In this document: in pieces, positions 45,145-50,941 of the stretch
Layout of the letters: every line of letters starts with the position of its first letter
Position numbering within the stretch: position 1 is the stretch's first letter
The notes under the pieces: generated by a model
Told to the model about the DNA's origin: nothing
Database searches by the model: none
What the model saw: only the letters and a program-made list of their open reading frames with translations
Source: Octopus bimaculoides
Taxonomy: Eukaryota
Assembly (NCBI RefSeq): GCF_001194135.2
Contig: NC_068982.1
Span: 34,004,290-34,055,230 of the forward strand
Length of the DNA stretch: 50,941 nucleotides
Direction: 5' to 3'
Program-made: the position numbers and the translations under genes

Positions 45145-45686
45145 TTACAACTGCCGCATGAGCGACGTGGCCGGTACCGTGTCCGACCCGCAAGTTTGCG
45201 GGTCGGACCCGGGGGAATAGTCACGCTCTAGGTGACCCTCACACCCCAAGGGGGTCCAGACTACTATGTAGAGTAGTCGTTGATCGGATGGGTTCTCCGA
45301 CTTGAAGGAATGGTTTCGCCTCTCCTTTATTCCGAAGGTCAGACCCGCGTAACCCACTGCGCGATCAACTCTACACAGCCGGCGCGTCCCTGATTCTTCC
45401 GCCAACCACCCATCCACCCACCTTGTAGTGAGCGCCCTCGCCCGTGCTGTCGCCGTCGTTCCACGCCCTGGCAGATCCGCTCGCTCGCCCGCCCACTGGT
45501 AGCCGCCTATCCGTTCATGCTGTCGTCATCGGCCTATCGGTTTCCTCCTCCTTGCCCACGCAGTCGCTACGACTCGAAGGGATGTCCTCGCCTCTCCTTT
45601 CTGCCGACGGTCGGACAAGCGTAATCCACCGCGCGCCCACCTTGGAGTGAGCGCCCTTGCCCTTACTGTCACCGCCGTTCCATACA
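45145..45686 (-). other. Unclassified GC/CpG-rich 540-bp insert with four tandem hairpins and an internal direct repeat (probable mobile-element terminus)
   Basis: Sharp composition edges against AT-rich flanks; hairpins at 45181-45278; repeat blocks 45299-45463 and 45570-45683; AATAAA on the minus strand at about 45326-45331. Confidence 0.6.
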
Positions 45687-46595
45687 CAGACAATATTCTT
45701 GTGGTCAGGATGGACTGATACTTATTACCTGGCTAAGTGTTATTAGGTAGGAAACCTAGATTAAGGACATAAGAAAATACTCTTGGTCAAAAGTCAAATG
45801 TCAAACACACATTGGAGAGGCTTAATAATCTGATTCATGACAAATTTTTGAGTTTATTTTTATTTGTTGTTTGTATTTTTTAAATTTTAATTTTGGGGGA
45901 AAAAATGGTGTTAGCAAATGAATTATAGAACAGAACTCAAAACACATTTAACCCAGAATCCCTTGCTGTCTCTCACACACAAACACATACACAACACATT
46001 CTCCCAATCAGTGCCCTTTAAGAGAGTATTAGTAAGAATAAAAAGCTGTGATCCAGACACAATATGGAATATTTGTGTGTATGTACAAAATGAATATAAA
46101 AAAAAAACAATTGTAATGCATCTTTTGTCAAAATGCATTGGAATAAATGGAAGCTATGCAAATAAGAATCTAAAAGCCTCTTAACAAAAGTATGGTATGG
46201 TTAGAAATTAAATATGATTCAATATAAATGAAGTTTTCTTTTTGACACATAACATGTCTTGTTTTCTTTTTCCCAGAGTAAGTGGATAGTACAGACTTGA
46301 GTGAGATGATCTGGTGCAGCTGTTTGGACGCAGATAATTTGGCACGACTAACTGGACATGCAGTGGATTTTGGCACTAGAAGAAAACACACACACATGCA
46401 GAAATATACACATACAAATAGAAAGAGTGGGAAAAAGAGACAATACAATATATTTATTGAACACAATTGACATAAATACTTTCTCCCTCTTTATACACGT
46501 AAAAAGAAATATGCTCCACACATAAACAGAGAGAGAGAGAGAGAAGGAGGAGAGACAAACAGACAGAGAGGTGGGGAGAACAAGAAAAACATTAA

Positions 46596-46809
46596 CCCTT
46601 TAGTATCCTAACCAGCCATATCACACCCAAATATTTTTTTTTTTTGTTCAAATTGACCTGATTGGGCATCTCACACCTGCCCTATACTGTCATTCTAAAA
46701 ATAAATAATCAGATTATTGAAATCTCAAAGCTACAAAATAAAGTATAAATCCAAAACAATGTGAATAAATAAGCATTATATTTGATAAAGCAATCTGAAT
46801 GCTAAAGGG
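46596..46809. mobile_element. piggyBac-type MITE with TTAA target duplication
   Basis: TTAA|CCCTTTAG ... CTAAAGGG|TTAA (TTAA at 46592-46595 and 46810-46813). Confidence 0.75.
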
Positions 46810-47156
46810 TTAAGACATCTGATGTCAAATAAATCAGCAATGCCAAATAAGGAGCGCCAAAACGGCTGTGCCAAAACATATCATGCTCATGTAGCTTAAT
46901 TACTGGAAATAATTAGATGATGAAGGAACACTGATTAGGTTTGATTAACTAAGGTAAAATGAAAATGTATACTAAGAAAAAGAGCTATTTTAAAAATGGA
47001 TGATTTAAATGGATGTAATCAAGTTTTAAAAAATATTAAAGTATCATGGTCTGTAAACTTGGAATAATCAATTCATCTTTAATAAGGGAAGTCATCACAA
47101 ATTTTTTCATATTTTCTGTATTTTTTTTTTTTTTTTGTTCTAATTAGAATTTTTCA

Positions 47157-47334
47157 TTAAGTTGAAATTGTTCCATAAACCGGTGTATAGTCGCTCCTGC
47201 GTTTTTTCCAGCACAAGAAGGCTCCACCAAGTATTATTAGCAGCACAGGAAGACCAAGACCAACAGCAATAATGATGATTGCTGCTACAGAAATTTTTTC
47301 TACTGGTGCCTCTCCAAAACCAGTTATGAAAAAC
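47157..47334 (-). CDS. GLMP: Terminal exon of a GLMP/NCU-G1-like lysosomal membrane glycoprotein (TM helix and cytosolic tail)
   Basis: TTTCAG acceptor. FFITGFGEAPVEKISVAAIIIIAVGLGLPVLLIILGGAFLCWKKRRSDYTPVYGTIST-stop parallels the GLMP C-terminus (G.G.PP.D.LS...IMAV.LG.P....GG...KK..Y). Upstream exons were not found in the window. Confidence 0.72.
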
Positions 47335-48147
47335 CTGAAAAATAAGCATAAAAAAAAAACTATCAATTTAATTTCAAATCTAGAGAGCTTCAAAACTAAA
47401 ATTTAGAAAAAAGAAAACAATTTTAAAAAAATCACTGGATTTTCAATTAGATCCCATAAAGAATGTTATATTATATACAAGGAAAATCTTTGTGTTGTTT
47501 ATTTATATCATTTTACATTCAACATTGAAATCTAGCCAGTGTCCATTTTGTTTTTAATTCTTGTGAGAATCAATAAAAGACTCAAGTACTGGGGTTGATG
47601 TAATTAATAATATAGCCTTGTGTGCCTGTTGGAAATCAATATTAAGTACCTCATACTGTTTAATAAGTGTCACTGTTTGTTCAGAGAAAGCAAAATCAAA
47701 GATTCTATAACATTCTACACATTATAGCAATCCCTACCTTATTAACATCACTTTCAATTTCAAATACATAGTACTGTTATAATTGTACAAGATTTTCATT
47801 CCACCTTCAAAGTTAAACAAATATCTTTACATTTTCTTTCCATTCATCATTACCATCATCATCTAATGTTCACTTTTCCATTCTTGTATGGGTCAGACAG
47901 AATTTGTTGAGGCAGATTTTTTTATAACTGGATGCCTTTTATGTTGCCAACCCAATCCTGTTTCCAAGTAATCTTTTATCTTTTACTTGTTTCAGTCATT
48001 TCAGAAATTGACCCCTGGACTTACGCCCTGTAAGCCTGGTGCTTATTCTATCAGCCTCTTCTGCCAAACAGCTAAGTTACAGGGACGCAAACACACCAAC
48101 ATCAGTTGTCAAGCAGTGGTGGTGGGGGGACAAACACAGACACATAA

Positions 48148-48184
<37 letters not shown>

Positions 48185-50941
48185 TCTTCTTTCAGTTTCT
48201 GTCTACCAAATTTACTCACGAGGCTTTGGATGGCCCAAGGCTATAGTAGAAGACACTCTTTAAAGTATAAAGTTGAATTTTGTGTAGCCACCTGCATTTT
48301 GCAGGGAGTATTACCCATTTTTCTGGGCTCTTTTCACAGCTATACCCCATTCGAAATTTGCATTAGATTTTGTATGAAAAGAAAAAAAAAACATGGAAGG
48401 GAGTGGGGCTTGCTTGTGGTTTGTAGAGAAAACGTTAAACGTATCTGAAAAAAAACATGAAGAACTGTGAAAGAAGGCGAATAAGTACCGGGGGTGGGGG
48501 AAAGAAAAGAGAACTAACACTTGATCATTCTAGAACTCCCAGAATAAAAACATAAACACCTGAAAAACTTTCCCTCTATTCATTACTAAATGTCTTCTTC
48601 ATTGTTAGAAGTAAAGAAGCTAGAAAAGATCGATCGTATTTCAGTCTAATTGTCATTGTAAATGACTGAGGCTTTCTTTTCTCTGTCTCTTTACGGTTAA
48701 GAGAGTGAAGGTGCATGGCTCAGCAGTTAGGGGTATTCATCTCATGATCATAAAGTCGTGAATTCCTTGCAATGCACTGTGTTCTTGAGCAAGGTACTCC
48801 ACTTCAATTTACTGCTGTCCACTCAGCTGGCAAAATTGAGTTGTAGCTGTAATTCAAAGGAGCTAGCCCTGTCATATTCTGTGTGAAGCTGAATCTCCCT
48901 GAGAACTACATTATGGTATGGATTTTTGTGGAATACTCAGCCACTTGCATGTTGATTTTACGAGCAGACTGTTCCATTGATCAGATAAACAGGAACCTCG
49001 TCGTCGTAACCAACGGAATGCCATTTTTTAAAAAGAGTAAAAGAAAAGGAAATGTTCCATATTGTAAAGCAAAAATGTTATGTGTTTGGTATAAGCAGTG
49101 AAAGCTAAGATGAAATAATTTCTATTCTGTTGCCCTCGACTCATGCTCAGTTTGATAACAACAGCCTGCACATCGGTGTTTATCTGGAGGCTTGGCCACC
49201 AGATCTGTGAGATCCAAAAATGCTGCTGTTAGGACCAGATTAACACCCACAGTGACCCTAACGACTAAAATAGATTTTCCTGCCCCTGTATTGGATCCTT
49301 TTTCATTTTCTTTCAACCACTTGAAGGTTTATCTTGCTCCAGTCTACTCAGCTGGTCAAAATGAGTTGTAGCTGTAATTAAAAGGGGCCAGCCTTATATT
49401 TTGTATGAGGCTGAATCTCCCTGAGTATTATGTTAATGGTATGCATGTCTGTGGATTACTCAGCCACTTATGAGTTAATTTTATCCTCGTGTGGTAATGA
49501 AAAGTGAAAGTGACATCCAATATTTGCTGTAGTTATTTATCTTTGATTTAACAATGTGTCTATGTATCTATGTATCAACTTTTTTTTTATCTATGTATCT
49601 ACTGTCTCTCTAACTTTCCCACTTCCTCTGTGTCCCTCCGCTCTCCAGCTTTTAATTTAACAATGTTTGTATGTATCTATGTATCAACTTTTCTTTCGAT
49701 CTATGTATTTACTTTTCTTGCGATGTGATAAACAGTTAAAAGCACAAAACAAACGTCGTCACCACTCACTGTCTCTTTCACTTCCTCTCTGTCCTCCTCT
49801 CTTCTGCTTTGCCACTCATTTCTTCCTTTGAAGTAAATTGTGACACACACTACAGGTACACATGCACAAAAACAACAAGTTGGTGCATTAATATTATTGA
49901 TTGTTATGTCTTCCAACTTTTTACACTGAGTTCAAATCCTACCAAAGTCAACTTTGCTTTTTATCCTTTCAGGTTCAATAAAATAATGTACCAACCAAGT
50001 ATTGAGACCAATGGTATCGATTAACCCTTCTCCTCAAAATTTCTAGCCGTGTGCCTAAACTAGTAAAATTTATATCATTAGTTTCAGTCATTGCACTGCA
50101 TACTAGGCATGGGTATCATCTTTAATGGTCTGTTTGATGATATTAACCCCAGTATTCATTTTCAAATCTATCTTATTTTATCGAATTCTATTTGTGAAAC
50201 TGCTAATTCACAGAACTCAAGTAAACATGAACTTGAAAACAGAACCAAATACAGGTAGGTAGTGTGTGTGTGTAATTTAATGTCTATTTTCCATGCTGGC
50301 ATGGGTTTGATGGTTTGACAGGCTGGCCAGGCAGAAGACTGCACCAGACTTCACTGTCTGTTTTGCAGGGTTTTTACAGCTGGATGCCCTTCCTAACACC
50401 AACCATCTTACAGAGTAGGCTGAGTGCTTTTTACATGGGAGCAGCAAGGTCTGCTTTGGCATGGTTTTTACAGCTGGATGCTCTTCCAAGCTAAATATAC
50501 ATGTATATGTGTATATATAAAAATATTCACACACACACACATATATATGGATATATATATACGGATATGTAATATATATATGTGTGTTGAAACCATAGCC
50601 CAAACCTGACTGAAATTTGTCTCTAACCCCCTTTAAAAATTACGATTTTTAACTCTCATTTCTGTTACTGATTTAAACATTTAATCTCACGTTTAAACAC
50701 TGCTGTGTTTCTTTCAACTTTTTTCTAAAAACCTAACGAATTTGACCAGCATGATGTACTGCTGCCGGTTCTCCCTCTCCCTCTCTCTCTCTCCCTCCCT
50801 ATTGTATTCTATCTCTCTCTCTCTCTGAATCACCACTTCTTCCACCATTTCCTCTTCGACTCGCGCGCGAACCCAAACACATAACCAGCTCGCTTTCCAA
50901 CTCCACCACAATTTCGTATTGGAATCTCTATACTAATAGAA

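Noticed and set aside
45145-45686. Hammerhead, HDV-like or twister ribozyme in the GC-rich insert
   Set aside because: No CTGANGA on either strand. TCCTCGC at about 45584 lacks a pairing P3. The ACTGCC...GCCGGT segment lacks the twister L4 and GAGG elements. Not supportable by eye.
49122-49316. Minus-strand ORF as the upstream exon of the GLMP-like gene
   Set aside because: No similarity to the GLMP luminal region and no suitable phase-2 donor; upstream exons are probably outside the window.
29805-50060. A/B-box-like motifs as tRNA genes
   Set aside because: They are heads of multi-copy SINEs without a complete cloverleaf; no tRNA or rRNA gene is supported.

Overview
AT-rich, microsatellite- and TE-dense eukaryotic scaffold with several N gaps. 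The repeat families look like those of Octopus or a related coleoid cephalopod; this is inferred from recalled repeat sequence, not from a search. Supported genes: (1) the last 11 coding exons (+ strand, 4705-23913) of an unconventional myosin, with a converter KTRVFLKY, one IQ motif, a short coiled coil, an intact SH2 domain and a Tyr/Pro-rich tail, i.e. the class-XXVIII architecture; (2) an intronless Tektin-3-like gene (- strand, 30468-32120); (3) the terminal exon of a GLMP/NCU-G1-like lysosomal membrane protein (- strand, 47157-47334). A possible unidentified + strand gene starts head-to-head with the tektin at 32321. Mobile elements include a decayed Tx1/L1-like LINE, an RTE 3' end, mariner, piggyBac and gypsy fragments, a non-autonomous LTR element with PBS and PPT, MITEs and many SINEs. 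The most unusual items are a 540-bp GC-rich insert with four consecutive hairpins and an internal repeat (45145-45686), a set of Src-type docking motifs around the myosin SH2, and a fold-back palindrome built on a SINE tail (2493-2651). All exon models were built by eye from GT-AG sites and phase continuity, without transcript data.
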